Assembly (NCBI GenBank): GCA_963760885.1
Contig: CAVXEY010000005.1
Location: 8,641 to 72,640, forward strand
Direction: 5' to 3'
DNA length: 64,000 nt
DNA from: an uncultured delta proteobacterium
GTDB lineage: Bacteria > Desulfobacterota > Deferrimicrobia > Deferrimicrobiales > Deferrimicrobiaceae
The notes below the pieces were generated by a model. The model searched no databases, had not been told where the DNA came from, and worked only from the letters and a program-made list of their open reading frames with translations. A program made the translations under genes and the position numbers. This document shows, in pieces, positions 9,470 through 20,200 of the stretch (position 1 is the first letter of the stretch; every line of letters begins with the position of its first letter).

Positions 9470-12058
9470 ATGACCCTTCCGCTGACCCCTGCGATGCGGC
9501 AGTACGTGGAGATCAAGTCCCGCTACCGGGACTGCATCCTCTTCTTCCGCATGGGCGATTTCTACGAGATGTTCTTCGAGGACGCCCTGCGCGCCTCCCG
9601 CCTTCTCGACATCGCCCTGACCTCGCGCGACAAGGAGTCGAACATCCCGATGTGCGGCGTTCCGCACCACGCGCGGAACGCCTACCTGTCGAAGCTGATC
9701 CGGCAGGGGTGCAAGGTCGCCATCTGCGAGCAGATCGAGGAGCCCGGACAGAAGGGGATCTTCCGGCGGGAGGTGACCGAGGTGGTCACCCCGGGGCTGG
9801 TCTTCAACGAGGAGTGCCTCGATTCCCGGGGGAACAACTTCCTGGCCGCCGTCCGGTTCGTCGCCCCGTTCGCCTGCGCCGCGCTCGACGCCACCACCGG
9901 CGAGTTTTTCCACGAGGCGTGCGACACGGAGGAGGCGCTCGCGGACGCCCTGTTCCGGATCGCGCCCGCGGAATTCGTCGCCCTCGAGGGGGAGGGGAAC
10001 CCGACCACCGCCCGCGGGAAGCGGCTCCTGGAAGGGAAGCTGCTCACGCTCCTCTCCCCGGCGGCCGTCGCGGCGTTCCCGCCCCCGCCCGGGGTCGGGG
10101 GGATCCCCCCCGCGGACCACCCGTCGGGGGGCGTCGTCCGGGCGGCCCTCTACTACCTGTTCCTGCACCAGCCGGCGGCCCTCTCGGAGATCGGACGGGT
10201 GACGGAACGCGAAGGGCGGCGCTACCTGGCGTTGGACGAGACCGCCGTCCGGACGCTGGAGATCTTCTCCACCATGTCGGGGGAGCGAAAGGGAAGCCTT
10301 CTCTGGGCGGTCGACCGCACGCGGACCCCGATGGGGGCCCGCATGCTGCGCGCGTGGCTCGCCGCGCCGCTTCTCGACGTCGAGCGGATCGGGGAGCGGC
10401 ACGACGCGGTGGGGGAGCTTCTCGAGGCGCACGCGACCCGCAAGTCCCTTTCTCCCCCGTTCGACGCGATGGGGGACCTCTCCCGGCTCGCCTCCCGCCT
10501 GGCGCAGGACCGCTCCGGCCCCCGCGACGTGGCGGCGCTGCGCGACAACCTGGCGGCGATCCCCGCGATCGGGGCCGCCCTCGGGGATCCCCGCGCGAAG
10601 CGCCTGCGGTCGGTGAAGGAACTCCTCGGGGACCACGCCGCGGTGGTCGCCCGGATCTCCTCGGCGCTGGCCGATCCGCCGCCTCCCGGGTACAAGGATG
10701 GGGGCGTCTTCCGCCCGGGGTACGACGCCCAGGTCGACGAGCTGACCCATCTCCTGACACACGGCAAGGGGATGCTGGCGGAGATGGAGACGCGGGAGCG
10801 GCAGCGCACGGGGATCGGGGGTCTCAAGGTCGGGTACAACCGCGTCTTCGGCTACTACATCGAGGTGACCCGGACCCACCTCGACAAGGTCCCCCCCGAC
10901 TACATCCGCAAGCAGACCCTGGTCAACGCGGAGCGCTTCATCACGCCGGAGCTCAAGGAGTTCGAAGGGCGGGTGCTGCGCGCGCAGGAGGGCCGGGCAG
11001 CGAGGGAGGAGGAACTCTTTCTCGCCCTGCGGGATTCGTTGAAGGAAAACCTTCCGGCGGTCTACGCGGCAGCGGAAGGGGTGGCCGAGCTCGACGTCCT
11101 CCTCGCGTTTGCGGAACTCGCGGCGGACAATGGCTATGGGCGGCCGCAGGTGAACGGCGGAAGGGAGATCCTCATCGAGAACGGGCGCCACCCGGTCGTG
11201 GAAAGGATCCTCGGGCGTCACGCCTTCGTCCCGAACGACTGCCTCCTCTCGCCCGACGGGACGCGCCTCGCCGTCCTCACCGGCCCGAACATGGCGGGGA
11301 AATCCACGTACATCCGCCAGGCGGCCCTCATCGTGCTGCTGGCGCACGCGGGCTCCTTCGTGCCCGCGGACCGCGCGGAGATCGGTCTCGTGGACCGGAT
11401 CTTCACGCGCATCGGCGCCTCCGACGACCTTTCCCGGGGGGAGAGCACCTTCATGGTGGAGATGCGCGAGACGGCGCGGATCCTCGACGGCGTCAGCGAC
11501 CGGACGCTGGTGGTCCTGGACGAGGTCGGGCGCGGGACCAGCACCTACGACGGGCTGAGCATCGCCTGGGCGGTGGCGGAGCACCTTCACGATTCCCCGT
11601 CCCGCCCGAAGGTTCTCTTCGCCACCCACTTCCACGAGCTGACGGACATCGTGTCGACGTGCGCGAACGCGCGCAACTTCCACGTGGCGGTCCGCGAGTG
11701 GCAGGGGGAGATCATCTTCCTGCGGCGGATCGAAGAGGGGAGCGCGAGCAAGTCGTACGGGATCCAGGTGGCGCGGCTCGCCGGCCTGCCGGCCTCCGTG
11801 GTCGACCGCGCCAGGGATATTTTGAAAAACCTCGAGTCCGCCGAGTATAATGAGTACGGGCTTCCGACGCTGGCGGGACCGCGGGCCGCCACCGATTTCG
11901 CCAACGCCCAGATGGAGCTGTTCTCCCGGCGCGCCCGCGGGGACGAGGGAGCGGTTCTGGACCAGATCCGCCGGTGCGAACCGGAGCGGCTCTCCCCGCT
12001 GGACGCGTTGATGCGGCTCGCGGAATGGAAGGGGAGGCTCGGGAAAGGGGCGACGTGA
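9470..12058 (+). CDS. mutS: DNA mismatch repair protein MutS
   Basis: 862 aa. TPAMRQY, Walker A GPNMAGKST, STFMVEM. Confidence 0.95.
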   Translation: MTLPLTPAMRQYVEIKSRYRDCILFFRMGDFYEMFFEDALRASRLLDIALTSRDKESNIPMCGVPHHARNAYLSKLIRQGCKVAICEQIEEPGQKGIFRREVTEVVTPGLVFNEECLDSRGNNFLAAVRFVAPFACAALDATTGEFFHEACDTEEALADALFRIAPAEFVALEGEGNPTTARGKRLLEGKLLTLLSPAAVAAFPPPPGVGGIPPADHPSGGVVRAALYYLFLHQPAALSEIGRVTEREGRRYLALDETAVRTLEIFSTMSGERKGSLLWAVDRTRTPMGARMLRAWLAAPLLDVERIGERHDAVGELLEAHATRKSLSPPFDAMGDLSRLASRLAQDRSGPRDVAALRDNLAAIPAIGAALGDPRAKRLRSVKELLGDHAAVVARISSALADPPPPGYKDGGVFRPGYDAQVDELTHLLTHGKGMLAEMETRERQRTGIGGLKVGYNRVFGYYIEVTRTHLDKVPPDYIRKQTLVNAERFITPELKEFEGRVLRAQEGRAAREEELFLALRDSLKENLPAVYAAAEGVAELDVLLAFAELAADNGYGRPQVNGGREILIENGRHPVVERILGRHAFVPNDCLLSPDGTRLAVLTGPNMAGKSTYIRQAALIVLLAHAGSFVPADRAEIGLVDRIFTRIGASDDLSRGESTFMVEMRETARILDGVSDRTLVVLDEVGRGTSTYDGLSIAWAVAEHLHDSPSRPKVLFATHFHELTDIVSTCANARNFHVAVREWQGEIIFLRRIEEGSASKSYGIQVARLAGLPASVVDRARDILKNLESAEYNEYGLPTLAGPRAATDFANAQMELFSRRARGDEGAVLDQIRRCEPERLSPLDALMRLAEWKGRLGKGAT

Positions 12059-13344
12059 CACTCTTGCGGCGGCACCTCGGCGCGTTCCTCCTGATTTTCT
12101 GCGCGGCCTGTTCCCTGGTCGCCGCCCCGCCGGCCGCCGCCGCTCCCGGTGCCCCCGACGTCTCCGACATCCGGGCCTGGACGAACGAGATCTACACCCG
12201 CGTCGCGATCTACACGGGCGACGAGGTTACGTGGGAGGCGAACACCGTCCGCGCCGACCCCGCGCGCGGCCTTCCTCCCCGGATCTTCATCGACATCCGC
12301 GGCGCCGGCGTACGGGACGGGATCCTCCGCAAGCCGGTCGACGTTCGCAACGGCCTGCTTCGACAGGTCCGCGCGGGTCGATTCGACCGCGACACGGTGC
12401 GCGTGGTCATCGACCTCGAGCGGGAGAGCACCTACCGCGTCTTCGCGCTCCCGGGCCCGTTCCGGGTCATCGTGGACATCGACGGGGAAGGGGAGATCCC
12501 CGCTCTCCCGGTCTCCCCCGGATCCGTCGCCGCGGATCCGTCGCCAAAGGTTCCGGTTCCAGCCCCGGCGGCCCCTTCCACGCCTCCGGCGATTCCGCCG
12601 TCGGTGGAATCTCCGCGCGTCGCCGCCTCGAACCCTTCCCTCCTCCGGAAGCAACGCGTGCGGGTGATGATCGACCCGGGCCATGGGGGGAAGGATCCGG
12701 GGGCGACCGGTCGGTCCGGGCTGAAAGAAAAGGACGTGGTATTGGAGATCGGCCGGAGGATCCGCGAGAAACTCGAGCGTTCGGGGGAGTTCGACGTGCG
12801 GATGACCCGGGACAAGGACGTCTTCATCCCGCTGGAGGAACGCACGGCGATGGCGAACAAGGGGGGCGCCGACCTCTTCGTCTCCCTCCACATCAACGCG
12901 AGCCGGAACCGGAAGGCGGAGGGTTTCTCCACCTACGTCCTCTCCCGCGGCGCGTCGAATCGGGAGGACCTCGAACTGGCCGCGCGCGAGAACGGTGTGC
13001 CGATCGGCAAGTTCCAGGGGGTCAAGTTCATCATCGACGACATGTTCACAGGGGCGCGCAAGAACGAGTCGTTGCGCCTGGCCAAGACGGTGAACGACGC
13101 CGTCGTCCGCCACGTCTCCACCCGATATCCGGGGGCGCACAGCCTCGGGCTGAAGCAGGCCCCGTTCTACGTCCTCGTGGGCGCCCGGATGACGGCCGTC
13201 CTGGTCGAGGCCTCCTTCATCAGCAACGAACGGGAAGAGGCTCGCCTGCGGGATCCCTCGTGCCTCGACGGGATCGCCGACGGGGTGGTGGAGGCGATCC
13301 GCTACTACGGGCAGAACGGGATCCTCGCCCACTCGGATCTCTGA
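12055..13344 (+). CDS. N-acetylmuramoyl-L-alanine amidase with AMIN domain
   Basis: GTG overlaps the mutS stop. Signal peptide, AMIN-like region, Pro-rich linker, Amidase_3 motifs IDPGHGGKDPGA and SLHINA. Confidence 0.8.
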   Translation: MTLLRRHLGAFLLIFCAACSLVAAPPAAAAPGAPDVSDIRAWTNEIYTRVAIYTGDEVTWEANTVRADPARGLPPRIFIDIRGAGVRDGILRKPVDVRNGLLRQVRAGRFDRDTVRVVIDLERESTYRVFALPGPFRVIVDIDGEGEIPALPVSPGSVAADPSPKVPVPAPAAPSTPPAIPPSVESPRVAASNPSLLRKQRVRVMIDPGHGGKDPGATGRSGLKEKDVVLEIGRRIREKLERSGEFDVRMTRDKDVFIPLEERTAMANKGGADLFVSLHINASRNRKAEGFSTYVLSRGASNREDLELAARENGVPIGKFQGVKFIIDDMFTGARKNESLRLAKTVNDAVVRHVSTRYPGAHSLGLKQAPFYVLVGARMTAVLVEASFISNEREEARLRDPSCLDGIADGVVEAIRYYGQNGILAHSDL

Positions 13345-16020
13345 GTGCCGCTCCCATCCCTATCCCGAGACCTCCTGCGAGCCGACCTTCCCGACCGGGA
13401 CTTCCTCGACAGCCTGAAGGAGTTCCTCGCCGGAACCCACGTCGCGGTGCGCGAGAAGCAGCGGCAATGCCTTTGCGGGGGGGTCGAGGCGTGCCGGATG
13501 CTCTCCGACGCGATGGACGCCGTCCTGTCGGTGCTCCACGACCGCGCCCGCGGGCGATTCCGCGCCTCGGCGCCGGACAAGTCGCACCGGATGTCGGTCA
13601 TCGCGGTGGGCGGCTACGGGCGCCGCGAACTGTGCCCCCACTCCGACGTGGACCTCCTTTTCCTTCACGGGTACAAGGTCGACCGGTTCGTCGAGGCGAT
13701 GACCGAGTGGATGCTCTACCCGCTGTGGGATCTCGGCCTCGAGGTGGGACACAGCGTCCGCAACATCAAGGAGACGATCCGGCTCGCCGGGGCGGACGAC
13801 TCGATCCGCACGTCGCTCCTCGACCACCGGCTCGTCACGGGGGACGACTCCCTGTATCGCGATTCGATGGGGGAGCTGGACAAGTTCCTCTACTTCCAGG
13901 GAGGCGACAAGTTCATCGAGAAGAAGATCGGGGAGATGCGTTCGCGGTACGCCAAGGTCGGTTCGACGGTCTACCTGCTGGAGCCGAACGTCAAGGAGGG
14001 GCGCGGGGGGCTGCGCGACCTGCAGACGGCGGTCTGGTGCGCGCGGATCAAGTACAAGTGCGACGACCTGGTGGAGCTGCGGAAAAAGGGCGTTCTGGGA
14101 GCCCGGACCGTCGAGGCGATCCGGCACGTCCTCGACTACCTTCTCCGGGTGCGAAACGAGCTCCACTACCTGCAGGGGAAAAGAGCCGACGTCCTCGGCT
14201 TCGAAGTGCAGGAGCGGCTGGCGGAGCGGTTCCGCTACCGCCAGATCGGGTCGAACCAGGCCGTGGAACGGTTCATGCGGGCGTACTACCTCCACGCGGC
14301 CTCGGCGGCCCGGCTCTCCGACGAGGTCATCGAGGAAGTGGGGCGGTTTCTGCCGGAGGAGGGGGGACACAAGCCGTTCTTCTTCCTGAAGCGGAAGCAC
14401 GTCGGCGAGGGGGGGATCCTCTACAAGGGGAAGCTGCAGGTCAAGGACCGCGCCTCCTTCGAGAAGGAGCCGATACGGATCCTCGAATTCTTCCGGTCGA
14501 TGCAGAGGACGAAATCGGACCTCTCCCCGCAGGCCCGGCGGAACATCCAGATGGCGTTGCCCGCGGTGGGGACCGCGTTCCGCGAGGATCGGGAAGCCGC
14601 GAAGCTCTTCCTCGAGATCCTCGCCGACCCCGTCCACCTGATGGAGACGCTCCTCGCCATGAACGAGAGCCGCTTTCTCGCCAGGTACATCCCGGAGTTC
14701 GCCCCCCTCTACTGCAAGGTGCAGCGGGACCTCTATCACGTCTACACGGTGGACATCCATTCGATCCGCTGCGCGAGCGTCCTGGCGAGGATCGAGACCT
14801 CCTCTTCCCGCACGCAGGAGGAGGAGGAGTTCCACCGGATCCACGCGTCCGTGCGGAACCCCGGGCTGTTCCACCTCGCGATCCTGTTCCATGACATCGG
14901 GAAGGGGAAGGGGCACGGCCACAGCAGGATCGGCGCGGAGATCGTCGCGCGCATCGGCGCCCGATGGGGTCTCGCGGAGCAGGACGTTTCGGACCTCGTC
15001 TTTCTCGTGGAGCAGCACCTGCTGATGGCCAACGTATCGCAGCGGCGCGACCTGCACGACATCGAGCTGATCCTCTCCTTCGCGGACACCGTGGGGACGG
15101 CCTCCCGGCTGGACATGCTCTACCTGCTCACCTACGCGGACATGAAGGAGGTGGCGCCGGAGGTCTGGACCCAGTGGAAGGCGATGCTCCTGGGCGAGCT
15201 GTACGAGAAGGGGCGCAACGTTCTGGACCAGGGGCCCCTCATGCACCCGTTCGAGGAGCGCGCGTACCGTCGGCGCCAGCAGGTGCGGGAGTTCCTGGGC
15301 GGGGAACCGCGGGAGACGGCGGAGCGGTTCCTCTCCCGCGTGGACGACCGGTATCTCCAGGCGACGCCCGATGGCCGCTTCGTCGAGCATTGCCGGACCC
15401 TCGCGGCGTTCGACGGGAAGACGCCCATCATCGTGGCGACCGACTCGCCGGAATCGGGGACCACGGAGTTCCTCGTCGTCTGCCCCGACGAGCGCGGCCT
15501 CTTCGCGGAGATCGCGGGGACGCTGTCGGCCAACAGCATGAACATCCTCACCGCCTCGATAGCGACCACCGTGGACGCCGTGGCGCTGGACACGTTCCAC
15601 GCGAACTATCTCGGCAAGTCCTTGCTGGGGGACCCGAAGAAGGAGCGCGTCATCGCGGATCTTTCGCGGGTTCTCCGGGGGGAGACCGCCGTGGAGGCGC
15701 TCCTGGCCGACCCGTCGGCGGGGAGGTTCGTCCGGGACCGCGTCCCCCGGTACCGGCCTACCCGCGTCGTCTTCGACAACACGGTCTCCTCGCGCTACAC
15801 CGTGGTGGACATCTTCACCTACGACCGGATCGGGCTCCTCTATGACATCACGAGCGCGCTGACGGCGCTGGGGATCGACATCGCGCTCTCCAAGATCTCC
15901 ACGAAAGCGGACCAGGTGGCCGACGTCTTCTACATCGTGGATCGGGACGGGCGGAAGATCTCGGCCCCCGACCGCCAGGAGGAGATCCGTCAGGCGCTCC
16001 TCGCGTCGATCGGCGCCTAG
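13345..16020 (+). CDS. glnD: [protein-PII] uridylyltransferase/uridylyl-removing enzyme
   Basis: NTase motif GGYGRRELCPHSDVDLL, HD motif LFHDIGKG, two C-terminal ACT-like segments. Confidence 0.9.
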   Translation: MPLPSLSRDLLRADLPDRDFLDSLKEFLAGTHVAVREKQRQCLCGGVEACRMLSDAMDAVLSVLHDRARGRFRASAPDKSHRMSVIAVGGYGRRELCPHSDVDLLFLHGYKVDRFVEAMTEWMLYPLWDLGLEVGHSVRNIKETIRLAGADDSIRTSLLDHRLVTGDDSLYRDSMGELDKFLYFQGGDKFIEKKIGEMRSRYAKVGSTVYLLEPNVKEGRGGLRDLQTAVWCARIKYKCDDLVELRKKGVLGARTVEAIRHVLDYLLRVRNELHYLQGKRADVLGFEVQERLAERFRYRQIGSNQAVERFMRAYYLHAASAARLSDEVIEEVGRFLPEEGGHKPFFFLKRKHVGEGGILYKGKLQVKDRASFEKEPIRILEFFRSMQRTKSDLSPQARRNIQMALPAVGTAFREDREAAKLFLEILADPVHLMETLLAMNESRFLARYIPEFAPLYCKVQRDLYHVYTVDIHSIRCASVLARIETSSSRTQEEEEFHRIHASVRNPGLFHLAILFHDIGKGKGHGHSRIGAEIVARIGARWGLAEQDVSDLVFLVEQHLLMANVSQRRDLHDIELILSFADTVGTASRLDMLYLLTYADMKEVAPEVWTQWKAMLLGELYEKGRNVLDQGPLMHPFEERAYRRRQQVREFLGGEPRETAERFLSRVDDRYLQATPDGRFVEHCRTLAAFDGKTPIIVATDSPESGTTEFLVVCPDERGLFAEIAGTLSANSMNILTASIATTVDAVALDTFHANYLGKSLLGDPKKERVIADLSRVLRGETAVEALLADPSAGRFVRDRVPRYRPTRVVFDNTVSSRYTVVDIFTYDRIGLLYDITSALTALGIDIALSKISTKADQVADVFYIVDRDGRKISAPDRQEEIRQALLASIGA

Positions 16021-16036
16021 TGCGAACGGCGCCCGC

Positions 16037-16537
16037 GTGAAGGTGGGGATCCTTTCAGACTCCCACGACCACCGGGGCGCCGCGGCGGCCGCGCTCCTGC
16101 TCTTTCGCGCCGAGGGGGTGGGCATGGTGCTCCATCTCGGGGATGTGTGCTCGCCGGCCGTCCTCGCGGGGTACGCCGATCCGGCGATCCCGTTCCGGGG
16201 GGTCTTCGGCAACAGCGACACCGACCGCGACGGGCTGCAGGAGGCGACCGGCGGGGCGTTCCGGCAGGGGCCGCACATCGAAACGGTGGACGGGCGGACG
16301 ATCCTGCTCGCCCATTCCTACGACCAGTTGCAGGGGGAGCTCTCCGGACGGGGGCGGTTCGACCTCGTTCTCTTCGGCCACACGCACCGGCCGCTCACGA
16401 TGCGGGTGGGAAAGGCGCTGGTGTTGAACCCGGGGGAGGCGTGCGGCCTCGTGCGTGGGAAGAACACGTGCGCGGTCGTCGACCTTGCCACGATGGAGCC
16501 GTGGATCCTGGATATCCCCCTCCCGGAGGCCGGTTGA
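16037..16537 (+). CDS. metallophosphoesterase, YfcE/MJ0936 family
   Basis: Motifs ILSDSHD, HLGD, FGHTH. Confidence 0.8.
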   Translation: MKVGILSDSHDHRGAAAAALLLFRAEGVGMVLHLGDVCSPAVLAGYADPAIPFRGVFGNSDTDRDGLQEATGGAFRQGPHIETVDGRTILLAHSYDQLQGELSGRGRFDLVLFGHTHRPLTMRVGKALVLNPGEACGLVRGKNTCAVVDLATMEPWILDIPLPEAG

Positions 16538-17427
16538 TGGACAACGACGGCCTCCTCGACGCGTTTCTCCTCCACCTGAAGACGGAGCGGCGTCTCTCGG
16601 AAAACACGCTTTCGGCATACGGCGCGGATGCGCACCGCTTTTCCGCCTTTCTCGCGGAACGCGGACTCGACGCGAGGAGGTTTTCCCGCCCCGACCTCCT
16701 CGACCACCTCACGTCGCTCCGGGACGGCGGCCTCTCTGCCCGTTCCACCGCCCGGCACGTCTCGACGCTGCGCTCCTTCTTCCGGTTCCTCGTCCGCGAG
16801 GGGGTCGTCGCCGCGTCCCCCATCACCGGGGTCAAGGCGCCGCGGCTCGGCCGCCCGCTGCCGAAATACCTCACCCTCACGCAGGTGGATCGGCTGCTGG
16901 ATGCGCCGGACGGGCACACCCCCGAGGGGATCCGCGACCGGGCGATGCTGACGATCATGTACGCATCGGGGCTTCGCGCGTCCGAGCTGGTGACCCTTCG
17001 GCTCCAGAACGTCGACGCGAACGCCGGCTTCCTGTACGTGCTGGGAAAGGGCGGCAAGGAGCGGGTGGTGCCGGTGGCGGACGCCGCCCTGACCGTTCTC
17101 GGGGAGTACACCGCCACCGCGCGGCAGTCGTTCCTGGGGAAGCGGCATTCGAGCGACCTGTTCCTCTCGCGCCGCGGAAAGGCGATCACCCGGCAGACGC
17201 TCTGGAACCGGATCCGGCGATGGGCGCTGGCGGCGGGGATCGAGCAGCGGATCTCCCCGCACACGCTGCGCCACTCGTTCGCCAGCCACCTGCTGGCCGG
17301 GGGCGCGGACCTGCGCGCGGTCCAGGCGATGCTCGGCCACGCCGACATCGCCACCACCCAGATCTACACGCACGTCACACCGGAACGGCTGCGGGACATC
17401 CACCGCAAGCACCACCCCCGCGGGTAG
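16537..17427 (+). CDS. xerD: site-specific tyrosine recombinase XerD
   Basis: ATG 16537 inside listed ORF 16147..17427. C-terminal HTLRHSFASHLL...VQAMLGH...TQIYTH. Housekeeping context. Confidence 0.85.
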   Translation: MDNDGLLDAFLLHLKTERRLSENTLSAYGADAHRFSAFLAERGLDARRFSRPDLLDHLTSLRDGGLSARSTARHVSTLRSFFRFLVREGVVAASPITGVKAPRLGRPLPKYLTLTQVDRLLDAPDGHTPEGIRDRAMLTIMYASGLRASELVTLRLQNVDANAGFLYVLGKGGKERVVPVADAALTVLGEYTATARQSFLGKRHSSDLFLSRRGKAITRQTLWNRIRRWALAAGIEQRISPHTLRHSFASHLLAGGADLRAVQAMLGHADIATTQIYTHVTPERLRDIHRKHHPRG

Positions 17428-17434
17428 CACCGCG

Positions 17435-20086
17435 ATGGACATCATCACCACCCACCTGAACGCCGACTTCGACACCATCGCGTCGATGCTCGCGGCGTGC
17501 AAGCTTTACCCCGAGGCGATCTGCGTCCTGCCCGGGTCGCAGGAGGAGACGGTAAAGGGGTTCCTCGTCCAGTCCGCCTTCTACAACCTGCCGATGCGCA
17601 AGCCCCGTGAGATCGACCTCGACAAGGTGACCCGCCTGATCCTGGTCGACATCCGCACCCGCTCCCGCATCGGGATCTTCGGGGAGCTGATCGGGCGTCC
17701 GGGCGTCCCGGTCCACGTCTACGACCACCATCCCGACGAGGACGCCGACGTCAAGGGCGACCTCGAGGTGATCCGGCGGGTCGGCTCGACCACGACGATC
17801 CTCGTCCAGATCCTCAAGGAGCGAGGGATCCCCATCACGCCGGACGAGGCGACGGTGATGATGCTGGGGATCTACGAGGACACGGGATCGCTCGGCTTCC
17901 CGTCGACCACGGTGGACGACTACCTCGCCGCGGCGCACCTGCTCTCCTGCGGGGCGGTGCTCACCCAGGTGACCGATATCCTCGCCAAGGATCTGACCTC
18001 CGGGCAGATCTCCCTGCTGTACGACCTGCTCCAGGGGACGCGGTCGTACAAGATCCGCGGGGTCGAGGTGGTGATCGCCGAGGCGCGGCGGGAGGAGTAC
18101 GTCGGGGACCTGGCGCACCTCGTGCACAAGTTGCGCGACATGGAGGGGCTGAGCATCCTCTTCGTCATCTGCCAGATGGGGAACCGGGTGGTGCTGGTGG
18201 GCCGCAGCCGGAAGACGGAGGTGGACGCGGCCGCGGTGATGCGGGAGTTCGGCGGCGGCGGGCACGCCTACGCCGCCTCCGCGACGGTGAAGGACATGAC
18301 GACGTTCCAGGTTCGGGAGAGGATCCTTCGCGTGCTCGAGGAGAAGGTGATCCCCAGGCGCTCGGCCGCGGACGTGATGGCGTCCCCGGCGCGCACCGTG
18401 GAGGCGGGAGATACGATCCTCGAAGTGCACCACGCGCTCACCCGGTCCAACATCAACGCCGTGCCGGTGATGCGAAGCGGCAAGGTGGTGGGGATCCTCA
18501 CCCGGCAGGTGGTGGAGAAGGCCGTCTACCACGGCCTGGGAGAGGAGCGGGCGGGGGAGTACATGAACGCCGACTACGAGACGGCGACGCCCGAAACCGG
18601 GATCGAACGGATCGAGGAGATCATCATCGGGAAGAACCAGCGGCTGGTCCCGGTGCTCCGGGGGAAGGAGCTCCTCGGAGTCATCACCCGGACGGGGCTG
18701 CTCCTCTTCCTCTACGACATGCGGGACATTGAGCAGCCCGACTCCGTGGAGGATGTCGACACGGAAGGGGCGATGGGGCCCCGCAAGAACGTGGGGAACC
18801 AGATGCGGGATCGGCTTCCCGCGCGCGTCTTGTCCCTGCTGCGGGCGGCGGGGGAGTGCGCGGAACGGCTGGAGATGAAGGCGTACGCCGTCGGGGGGTT
18901 CGTTCGCGACCTCGTGATGCGGGTCGACAACCTCGACGTGGACATCGTGGTCGAGGGGGACGGGATCCGGTTCGCCGAGGCGTTCGCCGAGGAGCAGGGC
19001 GCCCGCGTCCGGCCGCACCTCAAGTTCGGCACCGCGGTGCTGGTCTTCCGGGACGACTTCAAGATCGACGTCGCCACCGCGCGCGTCGAATATTACCTCA
19101 AGCCGGCGGCCCTCCCCACGGTGGAGTACAGCTCCCTCAAGCAGGACATGTATCGACGGGATTTCGTCATCAACACACTGGCCGTGCGGCTATCCCCCGA
19201 GGGGTTCGGGGAGGTGATCGACTTCTTCGGCGCCCAGCGGGACATCAAGGAGAAGGTCATCCGGGTGCTCCACTCCCTGTCGTTCGTCGAGGACCCGACG
19301 CGGATCCTGCGCGCGATGCGCTTCGAGCGGCGGTTCGGCTTCACCGTCGGCCGGCACACGTTGAACCTCATCCGGAACGCGGTCCGGCTGGACCTGTTGG
19401 CAAGGATTCCAAAGCCAAGGTTATACAGCGAGATGGAATTGATACTTAAAGAAAAGGATCCCGTTTGGATCCTTCGGCGCCTCTCCGATCTCGGCCTCGG
19501 GACATCGATCCATCCCGCCCTGGTACTCGACAAGCCGCACCTGGCGCTCTTTGTCGAGGTGCAGGAGGTGCTCGCCTGGTTCTCCCTCCTCTTCCTCGAG
19601 GAGAAGGTCGAAAAGTGGGCGGTGATGTTCCTCGCGATGCTCGACCCCCTTCCCGCGGACGACGCGAAAAAACTGGCGAAGGATCTCGGCGTGCGCTCCC
19701 GGGTGCGCGACTGGGTCAGGATCTGCAAGGACGAGGGGGAGAGCGTGATCCTGCGCCTGGTCTCGACGCCTTCCGTCTCCCGGAAACTGATTCACGACGT
19801 TCTGTCACCCCTGCCGACCGAGGTGATTCTTTACTTGATGGCGCGGGCAAAACACCCCGATATAAAAAGATATATTTCGCTCTATTACACCCAGCTGAAA
19901 AACGTCCGCCTCCACCTGAACGGGAAGGATCTCCTCGAGCTCGGGTATTCTCCCGGCCCGCGCTTCAAGGAGATCTTCGACCTCCTCCTCGAGCGGAGAC
20001 TGGCCGGCGAACTCCGCAACAAGAAGGAAGAGATTGCCTTCCTCCTCGCCCACTCCCCCCCGACCATCGAACAGGGACGTTCCTGA
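17435..20086 (+). CDS. DHH phosphoesterase - CBS pair - poly(A) polymerase/tRNA nucleotidyltransferase family fusion protein
   Basis: 883 aa. DHH-type motif YDHHPD, CBS-like pair, NTase head AVGGFVRDL...DVDIVVEGD. Confidence 0.75.
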   Translation: MDIITTHLNADFDTIASMLAACKLYPEAICVLPGSQEETVKGFLVQSAFYNLPMRKPREIDLDKVTRLILVDIRTRSRIGIFGELIGRPGVPVHVYDHHPDEDADVKGDLEVIRRVGSTTTILVQILKERGIPITPDEATVMMLGIYEDTGSLGFPSTTVDDYLAAAHLLSCGAVLTQVTDILAKDLTSGQISLLYDLLQGTRSYKIRGVEVVIAEARREEYVGDLAHLVHKLRDMEGLSILFVICQMGNRVVLVGRSRKTEVDAAAVMREFGGGGHAYAASATVKDMTTFQVRERILRVLEEKVIPRRSAADVMASPARTVEAGDTILEVHHALTRSNINAVPVMRSGKVVGILTRQVVEKAVYHGLGEERAGEYMNADYETATPETGIERIEEIIIGKNQRLVPVLRGKELLGVITRTGLLLFLYDMRDIEQPDSVEDVDTEGAMGPRKNVGNQMRDRLPARVLSLLRAAGECAERLEMKAYAVGGFVRDLVMRVDNLDVDIVVEGDGIRFAEAFAEEQGARVRPHLKFGTAVLVFRDDFKIDVATARVEYYLKPAALPTVEYSSLKQDMYRRDFVINTLAVRLSPEGFGEVIDFFGAQRDIKEKVIRVLHSLSFVEDPTRILRAMRFERRFGFTVGRHTLNLIRNAVRLDLLARIPKPRLYSEMELILKEKDPVWILRRLSDLGLGTSIHPALVLDKPHLALFVEVQEVLAWFSLLFLEEKVEKWAVMFLAMLDPLPADDAKKLAKDLGVRSRVRDWVRICKDEGESVILRLVSTPSVSRKLIHDVLSPLPTEVILYLMARAKHPDIKRYISLYYTQLKNVRLHLNGKDLLELGYSPGPRFKEIFDLLLERRLAGELRNKKEEIAFLLAHSPPTIEQGRS

Positions 20087-20145
20087 GAACTCCCGTTGAA
20101 GTGGGACAGATGTCCTTTTTCCCGTCGAGTTCTCAGGAACGTCCC
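20074..20145. repeat. perfect 19-bp inverted repeat (34-nt loop) spanning the stop codon of the preceding gene
   Basis: GGGACGTTCCTGAGAACTC (20074-20092) is the exact reverse complement of 20127-20145. Confidence 0.9.
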
Positions 20146-20200
20146 TCTTCTGCGGTTTCGGTGGTAGAATAGGGCCTTCCCGAACAGAAAGGATGAACGT

